From Macrostomum lignano (lineage: Eukaryota), in assembly GCA_002269645.1 (NCBI GenBank), contig NIVC01000107.1, positions 186,001 to 250,000 of the forward strand: DNA of 64,000 nt, in the 5' to 3' direction. Every line of letters begins with the position of its first letter. The stretch's first letter is position 1. The translations under genes were made by a program, and so were the position numbers. The notes below the pieces were generated by a model that saw only the letters and a program-made list of their open reading frames with translations, searched no databases and was not told the origin of the DNA. Positions 1-14,510 of this stretch are shown piece by piece.

Positions 1-688
1 ACTGTCAGGTGAAATCGATGCCGGTCGGCGTAGCCGGTGACGCGAGAGCCCGGCTGGTCTGTAAGATTTTATAAAGTACTTTTAATTGAATCTTCGATAC
101 CTTAAAAGTTGAAGTCTAGCGAACTGACCATCGATGTAACCAGTGAAGAAGTCTTCAAGCAGCTCTTTGGTTTTGAGCTCAGATCGGGAGCCATTCTGCG
201 CGATCAATGTGCTCACGACGGGATGCAGCTGGCTTGCGTAGGAGCGGTCGGGTTTGAGCACCAAATGGAACTGCCTGCATTGGATTTGTGCGAACAATAA
301 AGGTTAGTGCCACAATAGGGTGGTGGAACATGCTGAAGCAGCAGTCTGCTCGCACCAACCTGCTGAATGCGACAAAGTGCAGGTGCTGAGTGGGTAGCGC
401 ATCCGAGCCCAGGCTCCTCCTGCTGACAAGTCTGGCCGGCTGCAGCAGCTCAAACTCGCTCAGCTGGGAGTGCAGATATTCTAAAAAGTGACGTGGATTT
501 TTAAAATCCATGGAAAGCAAAGCAAAGCAATGTGCCTGTGAAAGGAGCTGCTTACCGTCTACTGACTGGGGTGATTTCGCACCGTTTACTTGATGAGGCT
601 GCAAAGCTATCAAGATGCAGAGGCATGCAAGCTGTCCACGTGACGGGAGACTCAAGCCGATCCATTTTCTGTGGCTGTGAGACGCCAT
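1..688 (-). CDS. ADAM17: ADAM17/TACE-like metalloprotease, 5' exons (signal peptide + prodomain): 688-556, 480-360, 274-129, 58-<1
   Basis: The spliced translation MASHSHRK...LACLCILIALQPHQVNG..VD-E-YLHSQLSEFELL..QHLHFVAFS-R-QFHLVLKPD..EDFFTGYID-D-QPGSRV resembles the ADAM17 prodomain as I recall it (EKLDSLLSDYDIL..FSALKRHFKLYL..DFFTGHVVGEPDSRV). All three introns are GT-AG with compatible phases (1,2,1). Confidence 0.8.
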
Positions 689-924
689 TCGCCCAGCGAC
701 CGTTCGGTCTGAGCTCCTCAGCGGGAAAATTATTAACAAACAAATCGCCTTTTTCAAAACCCAAATGAGGTCAATTATTTCTCTAAGAGAACTCCGGCCA
801 CAGACAAGTCTAAAAGCTGTCAAGTGCGCTGCAGCAAGGCCAGAAACTGAAAAAAGCATCACAAAGCGCTTCTCGGGGCTCAAATACATGTATAGAGGTT
901 TGATAGGCTCTTAAATTACTTCAT

Positions 925-1162
925 GGATGGGGAGCGGGATGGGGAGCGGGATGGGGAGCGGGATGGGGAGCGGGATGGGGAGCGGGATGGGGAGCGGGAT
1001 GGGGAGCGGGATAGGGAGCAGGATGGGGAGCGGGATGGGGAGCGGGATGGGGAGCGGGATGGGGAGCGGGATAGGGAGCAGGATGGGGAGTGGGATGGGG
1101 AGCGGGATGGGGAGCGGGATGGGGAGCGGGATGGGGAGCGGGATGGGGAGCGGAATGGGGAG
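925..1162. repeat. 12-bp G-rich minisatellite (GGATGGGGAGCG) x ~20
   Basis: Tandem units read directly from the sequence. Confidence 0.95.
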
Positions 1163-1583
1163 TGGAGTTCTGGCTAGGTGAAAGTATGTGAGAAAATTAG
1201 GATGCAGATAAATATTGCCAGAAAGCTCTGAGCAACCAGCTGCTCAATCCGCTGAGTTGTCACTCAACCAAGCCACCCTGTCACTCAACTAATTTTTCAT
1301 TTCAGACTTCCTGAGTTCCGTACTGAAGCAGCGGTGGCCGCGTACAGCTGACTACTTTGAGTAATCTTTCGAGCAAATCATTTACTCACCAGAGGAGACA
1401 TTGAGTAGCAATTTCACACAATACGCAATACCGGTATAGCACTATTTTCAATTTTCAGAATTAAGTCGTGCGAATAATTATTAAATCTCATCTCAGTGCA
1501 ATTAAAAAGTAGCGATTAGCAACTGTGTTTTAGAATGCGGGAGAATATTTTACTGTCAGTTTACTACTGCAAGTAGACACCGG

Positions 1584-3261
<1,678 letters not shown>

Positions 3262-3519
3262 TCGTTTTATTCAGCTACTCATAGACCAGATTTGACGGTA
3301 CGCTAGCTGTTCGGGGGGAGTTTTAATTTGCTGTTTCATTGCTGTCATTGTTTGTCAATTTTAGCAAAAAAAAGATTGAAAGATATCTTTGCCTGAAAGA
3401 CCGATCCGTCCATTTTTTCGGCCATAGACTGCGCATTGCAGTTTCTATTTTAATCTCCTTTCCCTTCCACATGCCGCCATAGAGACTCGTAGTACGGTAT
3501 AGAATAAAACGATTGAACG

Positions 3520-4790
3520 ATTCGCAGTTAAAGTTGTGAAAAAGCAGAGCATCTACTATAGCATTTTATAGACTACGAGCAAGCAATTTAATCCTTGGAG
3601 CACCCATTTAAGCACTGAAATCCACAAACAGCGCTGTCCATGCCTTCCACTCTCAGTTTTGTCAAAATGTCAGACGAAAGTGACCAAGCCAGCACCATTT
3701 TGAAGACATCGACGAAATCGCTGCCGAAGATGGCGGAGCGCCACCTGCGCAATATGCTAAGATTATAGCGATGAAAAGCATAGATTGATATTCGACGCTA
3801 TCGATAGAGGCCTTTTTTTCGTTAAGTGAACTTTTTTTGCTGAATCTTGTTCTACGTCGTAACTTTTTGATATGGAGCTTTCTGGTTGGTTTGGTTGGAG
3901 GCATGCGAAATAAATGAAAAGGCCCAGCAAGATAGTACCTTAACGAGCGCTCCAAGGATTAAATTGCCTGCCGATTTGACACATTTTTACCATAGACAAC
4001 TAGCAGGGGGCTCAAAATGCATGTCTTTTTGCTATTTTGGATTAAATTGCTTTGTCGTAGTCTCTACTAGCTTGCAAAATGCTATTTTTTCAGCCATTTG
4101 TCTGCGCAGCATCACTTAATTTATTGTGTCAGCTAAAATTTCCTTCTCTTTCTCATTGTTTAGCAATTTGACGATTATTTTTTGCATCTTTTTATGCAGA
4201 ACAATACCTGACTACAAACAATGCATTGTTTTTAGAAGGATCGTCAAACAGAAAAACAATGCAAAGAATCAGCGGTCGCAGCACGTGACAACGATTTGTC
4301 TATGGCTCGCGCCGCACTGGGACCGCTGATTATTTATCCATTGTTTGCGGCCTCAGGTAGTTTGAATATGGGATTAAGATGAACATGAGTTTAATTCGAA
4401 GTACACAAGTGAAGGCAAGATGGATGAACTCAGCCTAGGCGGGGGCAGACTAAATTTAGCCAATGAGAGAACAGTAAGGACAAAGGTCAAAGTCAGACGG
4501 ACTAAAACTCAGCCTAGGGGGCAGACCCAATAATCTAGCTTAGCCAATGAGAGAGCAGTAAGGACAGACGTCAAAGTCAGACGGACTAAAACTCAGCCTA
4601 GGGGGCAGACCCAATAATCTAGCTTAGCCAATGAGAGAGCAGTAAGGACAGACGTCAAAGTCAGACGGACTAAAACTCAGCCTAGGGGGCAGACCCAATC
4701 TAGCTTAGCCAATGAGAGAGCAGTAAGGAAAAGGTCAAATTCTGACACAGCAAAAAGAAAGCTAAACATAGGGAGCTGGCATCAACCTTT
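3520..4790. mobile_element. Unclassified interspersed element with ~83-bp CCAAT-containing subrepeats (4429-4735); related copy inverted at 57010-57480
   Basis: Shared blocks GTTTGCGGCCTCAGGT..ATATGGG.TTAAG, AGCCAATG.GAGAGCAGTAAGG, TTTGTCTGCGCAG and CTCTGCTTTTT.ACAACT occur in the same order on opposite strands. Confidence 0.6.
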
Positions 4791-5569
4791 TTCACTCTCA
4801 GTGTCTCACTTTTCATTAAATTTCTTTTTTATCATTACCCTCGTATGATGGTAAAAACCGCGAATTTTGCTACTTTGCTTTGACTACTTTTGCTAATTTT
4901 CGCTCAAGAGAGGAATGAATCACTGCGACAAAGTTGTCGGATTTGTGAGCGAGAAAAACAGCAAGAAAACAGACGTTGGAATCGCTTCCTTGATTCACTG
5001 CCATCGGAAGATCGACGAGCACTTGGATCCGCTGATAGACTTCGCGATAAGCCAGGTGCCGGAGGATCTGCAGCCGTTCACTCCAATCTTCTTGGCCGCC
5101 AGTGCGCGGCCTGACCAGAGACCAGCAGCAGCTGCTGATGCGCTGGGTGTCCGCTAAATTGAAGAAGTCCCCGTTTGCACTCGTCGCACCGTCTTCCGAT
5201 CAGCCGCCTGGCTCGGCTGCTGCGTCCTTCGTGCTCAGTGAGAACGAGGAGGCCTACTGCACCCTTCTGATGCTCCAACTAGTCGTAATGGGTTCAAAAG
5301 ATTGGGCGGGTGGCATAATGTACCGAAGTTGGCAACAAAATTATCGATGCGCTTCGATCAAGATCGGCAATGAATCCACTCAAATCGCTGTAGTTAATAA
5401 TTCCACGAGAGAGTTACCGCTGGTAAGCTGGAGGAGGGCTAATAAAGCAGACTTTTTCGTCGAAAGTTCAATGGGACTGGGCAAGTCTGCTGCAGCGCTG
5501 AGCATTCTTGGCTACAGAGAGGGGCAGCAGCTCGAGGCTGAGTACAAGTCTTCATGCCTGAACCCGGAT

Positions 5570-5915
5570 AGTTGACGGAATAGTTGACGGAAAAGTTGAC
5601 GGAATAGTTGACGGAGAAGTTGACGGAATAGTTGACGGAAAAGTTGACGGAATAGTTGACGGAGAAGTTGACGGAGAAGTTGACGGAGAAGTTGACGGAG
5701 AAGTTGACGGAAAAGTTGACGGAATAGTTGACGGAAAAGTTGACGGAGAAGTTGACGGAGAAGTTGACGGAGAAGTTGACGGAGAAGTTGACGGAGAAGT
5801 TGACGGAGAAGTTGACGGAGAAGTTGACGGAGAAGTTGACGGAGAAGTTGACGGAAAAGTTGACGGAATAGTTGACGGAATAGTTGACGGAAAAGTTAAT
5901 GGAAAAGTTGACAGA
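5570..5915. repeat. 12-bp minisatellite (AGTTGACGGAGA) x ~28
   Basis: Read directly from the sequence. Confidence 0.95.
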
Positions 5916-7152
5916 AAAGTTGAGGGCCAAAGTTATACTCGTCTCCGGGGGGAGGGTAGTCAATCGTAGCGGAGCGGTCGTTAGCGGCACGGTCGTTCAA
6001 ATGGTAGACGCATTGATTTGTTGAGCTTATTACTTTCAGTAGGGCAGTTGTTGCCACCACCGTAATTTTCGTATTACGGAATTGAAGGGTCTCAGAGCTT
6101 TCTTTGAGTTGAGACTTGGTTGTTTTATGCCCCACGGGCAAATGATTCAAGATAGGCTATGGCTTACTTCAACGAATAAGTATTAATGATTAAATTGGTT
6201 GGGTATTTATTTATTAAAGCAGGTTTTACTAGCTTGCGAAGGCTATTAATAAATTGAAGTTAATTGCTACAGACGAAAGATGTCGCAGGCGCCGGTGCGC
6301 TAAATAAAACTAATAAGATAAAAGCTGATACGCTAAATTAACTGGAAAAGAAGGGGAGAGAGAGAAAAAGAAAAGGGAAAAGGCATGCAGAAAATTGAGC
6401 AGAGCAAGGTTATTTATAGTAGACATATTTAATAATTACAAGGCGTGGGGTCTAAGCTCGCCAAAACTAGGGCCACGCAATGGTTTATAATGAAACTAAC
6501 AAGGAATTATACATAAACGGTTAAAAACAACTGGTGATTTAACGTTGGGCCGGAAACTGGGAAACTAAACCTCAACCAGTGGTCCAAACTCGGGACCAGC
6601 AGGGGGAGGTGAGGTCATTGGCAAATCTCAGTTGGCCACATGAGTTGGCGTTCACGGAAAATTAGCACGCATTTGAAAATTAGAAAAAATTAATTATTAA
6701 AAATAAAATGAAAACTGTCCACTGGACAAATAGGCATTTTGTTATTTGTCTGGTTAAATTGATATTGCTAAAATATCTATTTCATAGAAACTACAAAGAT
6801 AAATATTCCTAGACTTTAAAGACTTCTATTTGTATCTTGATTATTATATTGTTATACTAGTGTGTGTGTTATATACCAAGTTATGCCAAACATGCCAAAC
6901 TAAATACACTGCTTTGTTTACACGAGTATAAAAGAAAATATTAATATGTATATAAGAAAAGGTCATAAAAAATCTAGAATATTAATCACGAAACAAATAG
7001 ATACTTGTGTTAGCAATTTAACTAGACAAATAGCAAAAAGGCTATTTGTCTGGTCACCAGACAAATAACAACAGCCTTTAAGTAATTTTGTTTGCAATAA
7101 TTTTCTATGCTATTAAATGTGTCTTAGAGTTTAAGTTTGTCTTTGCTTTTTG

Positions 7153-7302
7153 CTAGTTCCCAGTGAGCTCCGCGAAACCCACAAACCCAAGGACACGCGC
7201 GAAGCGCGTGTCCTTGGGTTTGTGGGGTGAGCGGAGCGAACGCGCGAGGCACAAAGTGCCGAGCATGAGGAACAAACAGCCAGCTAATGCGCGAAGCGCA
7301 TT
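7153..7302. other. Perfect 23-bp hairpin with GAA loop (7178-7226), a second GCGC-GAA-GCGC hairpin (7286-7302) and CTAG at 7153-7156; possible Helitron-type 3' end on the minus strand
   Basis: CCCACAAACCCAAGGACACGCGC-GAA-GCGCGTGTCCTTGGGTTTGTGGG is an exact inverted repeat. The Helitron assignment is inference. Confidence 0.5.
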
Positions 7303-9489
7303 GGGTGGTCTGGCTTGTGACGAATATAATAATATGAGACGTGTGCATCGAAAAAATGACAAGAAAAATCTCACAAAAACTGCTGTAACTTCAAAACTAC
7401 AAGTGCGAATTTCACAAGTGAGGTGTCATTTTAAAGAGAAGAATCTGATCTATTTAACGAGTATAGTTTTGTATGGATTCACTGCGGAGAAAAGGAACAG
7501 GCTTCAGTTGAAATGTTTGTCTTAAGATTATGTCTTTACAAAAGTGCATTTCCTCATGCACATTAAAACTCGAGCTAAAAATGTTCGAGGGTTATAGGTG
7601 CGCCTTACTAAGATGCATAACATTATTGGGTTGTTTTTTTCAATTGTATCAAAAAGTTGGCACTTTGGTTGCAAAAAATGCAAAAATTGAAAATGTACTT
7701 TTACAGTTTTTTGCATTTTTTTCTATACTGCTAATAGTTAAGCATACATACTATGCACCAATTGATGCGCAATTCAAAGATACACAAGTGTGGAAGTTTT
7801 CAATTCTTAAACATTTGAAATCAGAAAGTTATCGACGAAAGACTAAAAATCATGATCTCAAACTGATTTGAGGAAAAGTGCTCATTATAATTTTTGGAAT
7901 ATGGAAGAAACAATTCAACGCCGTCATCTAATTCCAAACTAACTGTACTTTAAGGTACTGCGATGATTTTTTTATTGAAAGAGCGAAACCTGTTTAAATA
8001 TTTGAAAAAATGGAAAAAAGTACCTTTTTTTATAGAAATACACTCTTTTGACTGCTTAATCCGATTTCCAACAACAAAATAGTTGCTTTCCTGCTGGTGC
8101 AAACCGTTATTAGGGTGAATTTTCAAAATTGCATACTGTGCCAAAAGTAAACTGAAGCTTAATATTTATAAACATTAGAAACGGGACCACTAATGGGTAT
8201 TTTACTTTGGTTACTTACTATGGACTAAACTGGCACTGGCAGAGACAGATTTGAGAGAAACTAATTGCTCCATTGTATTTGTATTTGGCTCCAGCGTTAC
8301 AAATTACAATAGCTATTTCGGGGTCTAACCGGCTAAGTTATCAAAAAAGCTAGATACCAATCACCAGTTTCATCATCAGCTATACCTACCACGATTTTAT
8401 AGTCACATGCAACAGTAATACCCTCCTTTAAAAGTTTTCAATATCTAAAATGATGTGTTAAATTTTATAAAATTTCATAAACAGTGAAATTTTAGCTGTT
8501 TACGTGCTGGTGGTTTGAACGTAGCTACTTTGTGCGAAAATACACTGTCATTAATACCGTACCTATTATTGTATTTATTGTATTGAAAGTTGATGTGTAA
8601 ATTGTACTTTTCTATTTTTTTGTCATTCGTTATCGCACTCGGGCCGGCCTGCCTGCCTTGTGGGGTGTGGTGGCCTTGGCCACTTTCTCCCCCTTCTGCT
8701 AGGATCCAAAGCAAGCTTTCAAGTGTACATTTAATATTATCGATCGATTATTTAAAACAAGCCTCTAGTGGCTGGTGTTGAGAGTGAGTGGCCTTGAGTG
8801 TACGCGAAAGCAAGAGGAAGCCCATGGGCGGACTATATGAACCTTCCTTTAGTGGAAAGTTGGGCCTTGTGCATTGGATAGTGTACGCTACACAAGACAG
8901 AAGGTAAAGAGAAAGAGAACGACAGGCTAGCCAATAGCGATAGCATGTGCTTCTTTCTCTCCAGTCCACTATGGTAGGGGGGGGGGGGAGGGGGGTGTCA
9001 GACGGCCCAACTCTAACCCCCATACCCAAAACAGCGTACATGTAGAATAAGAAGGGATTGGGTCCAGATAAGTCTTCCCAAATGTACATGTATGTACAAA
9101 GACAAACACAGACAAGAAAAATGGCTCTAAAAACCATTGTTATTGTTACACTGTGTGTCTATTTTTATTAACTTGACTTTGACTTGTCTTTACTCTAGCA
9201 TGGTCAAGGATAATTACTGTTACTTCATACCTAATTTACAATTAATTGCATAAGATTAAGAAGGAATAATACAATCGAGGTCGAACCCATGATCACTTGA
9301 CCCACCCACCCATGATCACTTCTGATTCTGACCTACATGTATCTACTATATCCTGCCAGTTTCTCCAGTTTTATGGGTCTTGGTGTCGGTGATTCGAGCA
9401 ATTCCATTACATTTTATCGGTGCAGTGCGTCTATTAATGCTTAGCTACTTGTATATGTGTTGCAGAAGTTATGCTCGTAGTTTCCCTTC

Positions 9490-10267
9490 TAGGGATGTTG
9501 ACCCCGGGAGTGCTCCCCGGGGAGCTTGTCGGGGAATACTCTCCGGGGAATTTAACCGGGGACCCTGGGGAGAAAAAATATGAAAAAATGCAATTGTAAC
9601 TTAATTTTTGCCATTAAAATAAGAAACTGATTCACAGAAAGCTGATTGAAACTCTGTCTATGCTCTTTTACCGCATAATTGCCTATTTCAATGCATTACA
9701 TGTATTTGAAACACAACACACGTTTGATTGTTTTTTCACTAATAAGTCATTCAATCAAGCAAATTGCACGTAGAAAAGAAACCCGTCAGGAAAAAGAAGC
9801 CTTACTGACTAGTGACTGCTGTGTTGGTCTGCGTTGACGGCTTGACGCAGGCGCAGCGCTGCGTCATGCGTCAGGCACTGACGCATAGGGGGTGTCATAC
9901 ATATACTCCCTATTAGACAAGGACAAAATGGTGATTTACATATATATGCAAGAAATAAAATTCCGATTATAAAAACAGTCTCATTCATTAATTATCCTCT
10001 CACGAGCGTAGCTGTTTAGCATGCATTCCAACAAATGCACTTTTCCGATAAAGGTGCGCGCACGATTTCGTGATGCCACATTGTCAAATACAGTTTAAAA
10101 AAACATTGTTTAAAATTTTTACCCCTGCGCCTTGAACATGTAGTACAAAGCTTAAATCAAAGTTTAAAAAATTCCACTTACAATCTAAGTGATCCGCCGT
10201 TTTTACTTATTTTTTCTTTTCACCGGGGTCCCCGATAAGATAATTCCCTGGGGAATCGACATCCCTA
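9490..10267. mobile_element. Non-autonomous hAT-like element with TAGGGATGT termini
   Basis: The left end TAGGGATGTTGA and the reverse complement of the right end, TAGGGATGTCGA, match, and both have GC-rich subterminal CCGGGG motifs. The flanks TTCCCTTC and (A)TTCTCTTC are only a near-TSD. Confidence 0.55.
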
Positions 10268-10399
10268 ATTCTCTTCCTATAAATCATTTGACGTTAGAGA
10301 CATTTTACAACTCTCGCCCTACTTTATCTATTAGGCTAACTTTATGTATGACACGACGCAAAATATTAGGAGCATCAGCGTTAATAATGCCTTGAAAGT

Positions 10400-12700
10400 C
10401 TTTAAATAATCGATACAACACTAGGTATTATAAAATTCCAACCCCAAAGCTCACTGGGGCGAAAAGACTTTGTCTTCATTAACTAGTCCCTATGGCTTGG
10501 TCATTAGCAAAAAGGAAGATGAGTGAAATGGTTGGTCTTAAAAGAGAATAGGCTTATCTAGGCCTAGTGTTACAAAGCTTAAGATAATAAGATATTCATT
10601 AATGTTGTTAAAATAAAGCTCAAAAGCATAGTAGAAAGGTTGCCTTGGAGAACTCCTTTAGATATTGAGATTGGCTAGGTTTATTAGAATTATATTTTTT
10701 TTAGAAAAAGCAAGTATTTATATATATTTTTTCAATGGGTATTATTTGATCCTTTATTATAAAGGGTATAAGTTTATACCATGGTTGTTGATTTTGTGCC
10801 AAAAAGTAAGGTTGGTTTTAAGCTATGAATAGCTTTTTTATAATCAACAAATCTTATGAAAAGTGTATCTTTGTTGGACATAGAATGGTTTATAATGATT
10901 GTTATAAAGATTAAAACATTGGTCAATTGTGCTATGGTAAGGCTTGAAACTATATTGGTATTTTGAGATTAGGTTGTTAGAGTCTAGAGTGGGCTAGGTT
11001 TTTTAGTCTAGATTTAATCATTTGGCAAAGGAGCTTGCCAAGAATAGGTTGCATATAGATATCTCTATAATTGTTAAAGTTGGTATTGCTACCTTTGTTT
11101 TTGTAAATTAGGCAACATATATTGGTTATTCAAGTAGTTAAAAAAGTTTTTTGTTTGAGTAGTTCATTGAAAAGTAAAACAGAAAGTTAGAAAATATTTT
11201 CCCAAGGTAGACTAGAAAGTTTCTACATCTTAATTATGACTTAGTGCTTTTTATATTTTGAGCTTTCTATTATTTTGTAACTTCTTCTTTGGTAAATAAA
11301 GCATTAAAAAGATCAGTTAGAGTTGGATAGTCTAGGTATAGATTGTAGGAAAGTAATATTGCTACTCTGCTTAGTAATTAGTAACAAGGTTTTAAAAACA
11401 TCTTACAAAATTATCATTAATTATTGAATTGTTGGAGTGGTTATATGATTTCAGTAAGTTCCAAAGCTGTTTTTTTATCATTTTGTATAAAGCCTAGATG
11501 TTTGTATTTTCTGCACAGAGAATAGATTCATGTTTCCAAGAGTATATTTTCTATAAGCATGCTTAGTAGCATTTCTTAAGGGTTTAAGAAAGGGCTCAAT
11601 GTTAAACAGAGGTTTTTTGTTTCTACTGTGAGTTTGCTTTGAATTTGCCTAACTTTCCTAAAAAAGAAAGCTGGATTTTGCATGTCAATATTTAAGATTT
11701 TGTCCTCAAAAAATCTGAGAAACAATATGTTTTTCTTGCTGTGAGGTGGGTTTATTAATGTTGAAAAGTTTATCTTTATTTTTTGTCTATTATCCAAGCT
11801 TTTTGAAGACAAAATGCTTAAAAGTTGACTCAGCTTCTAATAATTCAAGTTTAAGAATCATCACTGAGGTATAAAAGTCCTATAACATTCCAACTGCTAA
11901 CAGTAAATTTTTGTTATTCTTTGTAATATTAAGTTCAATGAGTTTTGATTTGGTATTAGGTGCATAGCCAGGATTCACATCAGAAAGAAAGGTAGTTCAA
12001 TAGACATAAATCCATCTTGGATAGAAGCAAAAAACAAAGGCAATAAAAAATCCTCCTTTCTCCAAGGGGGAGAGGCATGTCTCCAGTGTTCCCTCCCCCT
12101 TGGCTATACCTCTATTTGTTATTGTGAGAGATTTTTTGCTCTTTTGTATGCTATTATTTTTAATTGAGATGAGGTTATCTCTAGTGTACTATATCCACTT
12201 CTTATATGCCCTAGTATTAGTAATAATTTTATTGATTGATTTTATTGATAGTTAGATCATGGTTGCAGTAGCTCAGTAAGTTCAGTTTTTTAGCTCCTTG
12301 ATAGTCTTTTGCTTGAATGAAATCTCACTCTTTTTCTATTAGAGTGAGAGTGAGATTCTATTATTCTTTTTCTCTTTTTCTATACTCTTTATCTAGGTCA
12401 TTCTTTATCTGGACTCTTGGGAAGGCAGAGCCAGCTTCTTGCAGATTTTGTAGGTTGCCAATAAATGCTACCTTGTCATTTTTGTTTACTAGGCAGATAA
12501 CCAAAAGCCTTAGTTGGTTGTTGAAAGGTTGCTCACACCCAATTTGCCTAGAATCAACAATTGGCACTGTTGAAGATGTCAGCTTTGTGTTGTGTATGGA
12601 CTTTTGTTTTAGCAAATGCACTAATGCTTCCCTTCTTTTGTCTATAGTCTAGGGTACAATATTTTATTTCTTTAAGAGCCGAAGGCTAACAGTATTACAA
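10400..12700 (-). pseudogene. Heavily decayed non-LTR retrotransposon (ORF1 tail, APE endonuclease, reverse transcriptase)
   Basis: Minus-strand motifs occur in the expected order: IKNDLDKEYRKRE (ORF1-like), CESWL (~11970), LISKYQYSFKPYHST (~10950), FVDYKKAIHS (~10835), GVLQGNLS (~10645) and LFAND (~10510, from FADD). There are many stops. Confidence 0.8.
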
Positions 12701-13269
12701 AGGGCAAGCAAGACGTGTGCCGGCTAGAGGCAAATAAAGCTTGTGAACAGCTTGTATTTTAAATAATGCTTCTTCGACTTGACTTTGATGTCAGATGGTA
12801 GCCTGGAGGCAATAGTCGGTATAGAAGCAGAAGAGGACATAACATTTGGGCCATCTTGCATTAGATTTTTGAGCTTCTTAATTTCTTAGAGTCCAAAGAT
12901 AAGTGATGTTTTTCTTAATACTGTGCTGATTTACCTCCTACTATAGAAAATTAGATAATGAGGTTTGACAATAAAGAAGGATTATTAAAAAGAGCAGAAA
13001 AAAGAGAAAAAGAGAAGAAAGAGAAAAGAAGGGAAAGAGAAGAGAAAAGAGAGGAGAAGAAAAAAGAAAAAGATAAAAGAAATAAAAGAGGAGAGGCAAA
13101 AGGAAAGAATATTAAGTTTTAATAGCATCTTTCGAATTGGCTTTAAAAAGAGAAGAAAGCAGTCAATCATAAACTAAAAATATATAAATTGCATAAGTCT
13201 TTGTTATTATTAAATGAATATTATCTATATTTTAAGATACTATAAGGTGAAGGGCTTTAACAAAGGTGA

Positions 13270-14190
13270 GGTCTGAGCTTTCCTTTAGTAACAAATCCTA
13301 AGCTGCTTCAATGTGCTCTTTAGGAATATCAGATCATATAGTAGACAATTCTTAAAGGTGAGCTTCACTATACTCTCTCTCCTTTAGGCTTGTATAAGTT
13401 GTATTCAACATTCAAGTTACAATACTTGGCTACATTTTTTATGTCTATATAAAGAATTAAATGGTTTTCCCTTTATTTGACTAAATGATAGCAGCTTAGG
13501 TCTCATGGACATTGTTGGATATACCTTAAAATAGAAAGCTAAGTGCTTCTTCCATTGCTTGATAGCTTTGTTTTTAGCTTACTGTTTGTAGCAAATTTAG
13601 GGTTTTTGGCCTTGTTAGAAGCAATATGACCTGCTTCTTTTGTTAGCCATTCTTTGCACTTTGTAAATAACTCATTTTTTGCACATAATCATTCTACTTT
13701 GTATTGCTATACAGATCTTTATCTGGATCAAAATGCTCAATGTTATAAAGCTATGCTAAGCCATTCATGTATTTTCTTAATAGTACATCCTTTAAGGCTA
13801 CAAGTGTAGTTTTTCTCTTATCACCATTGTGATCAACGTGGTGTAGTGCTTTGTAATGTTACCATATTTCATTTTTGACAATGCTTTAAAATTTTCACCA
13901 TAGAACATTTATTACATGAAGCAGCAAAAAGGCCAATATGACTTAAAATGTAAGTCTCTTTCAAGGTTTCAAAAGTAATTTTAGAAATTCTTATATAACT
14001 AGGGTCTGGATATGAATATTTGCAGCTTAGAATGGTCAAAGTTAATTTTGGAATAGATATTGCCTTATTAAATGTCAATAATGATGACTTTAATCTTACA
14101 CTAAGATTTAAAAAAGTGTAAACAAGTTGATATAGTAAAAAAACATAGTTGCATCTTTTAATAACATACATTCCATTTCTCAACTGTTTG
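13270..14190 (-). pseudogene. Probable second decayed LINE fragment (endonuclease C-terminus/linker)
   Basis: Only weak motif remnants (VDH, WLTKE, KNPKF) in AT-rich, CpG-poor DNA. Confidence 0.3.
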
Positions 14191-14214
14191 AGGTGGATAA
14201 TGAATGTGTGGCTT

Positions 14215-14510
14215 CATACATGCGCAACAGTCGGCCAATCCGGCCAACCGATTTAGCGGCCAACCAAGGAAGTTGCAAAAATACCCACCCGAAGGCTGAA
14301 GAAACACTAAGTAGTAGTACTAAGTAGCTGACGAGGCATTTTGGGTTTTATAAGACAGTCATAGTTACTCCTGCCATTTACCCATAGTTGCGTTAATTTT
14401 GCTTTCGGGTTTTTTTGCATGTAAGTTGCATTTTTGGCCAAAAACTACGTCGCATTTTTGTTAAAACTAAGTTGCACGGCCGACCGAATTTTGGAGGTTG
14501 CACATATATG
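14215..14510. mobile_element. 296-bp hAT-type MITE
   Basis: 14-bp TIRs CATACATGCGCAAC / CATATATGTGCAAC (reverse complement), flanked by a perfect 8-bp TSD TGTGGCTT (14207-14214 and 14511-14518). Confidence 0.85.

Noticed and set aside
4890-5575. Possible coding or transposase remnant in shifting frames
   Set aside because: It has no recognisable motif and no consistent splice model.
6718-7080. MITE built from AGACAAATA inverted repeats
   Set aside because: Several short inverted copies are present, but no defined termini or TSD.
14320-14345. Hammerhead ribozyme core (CTGACGA)
   Set aside because: No correctly placed GAAA or helix II could be found.
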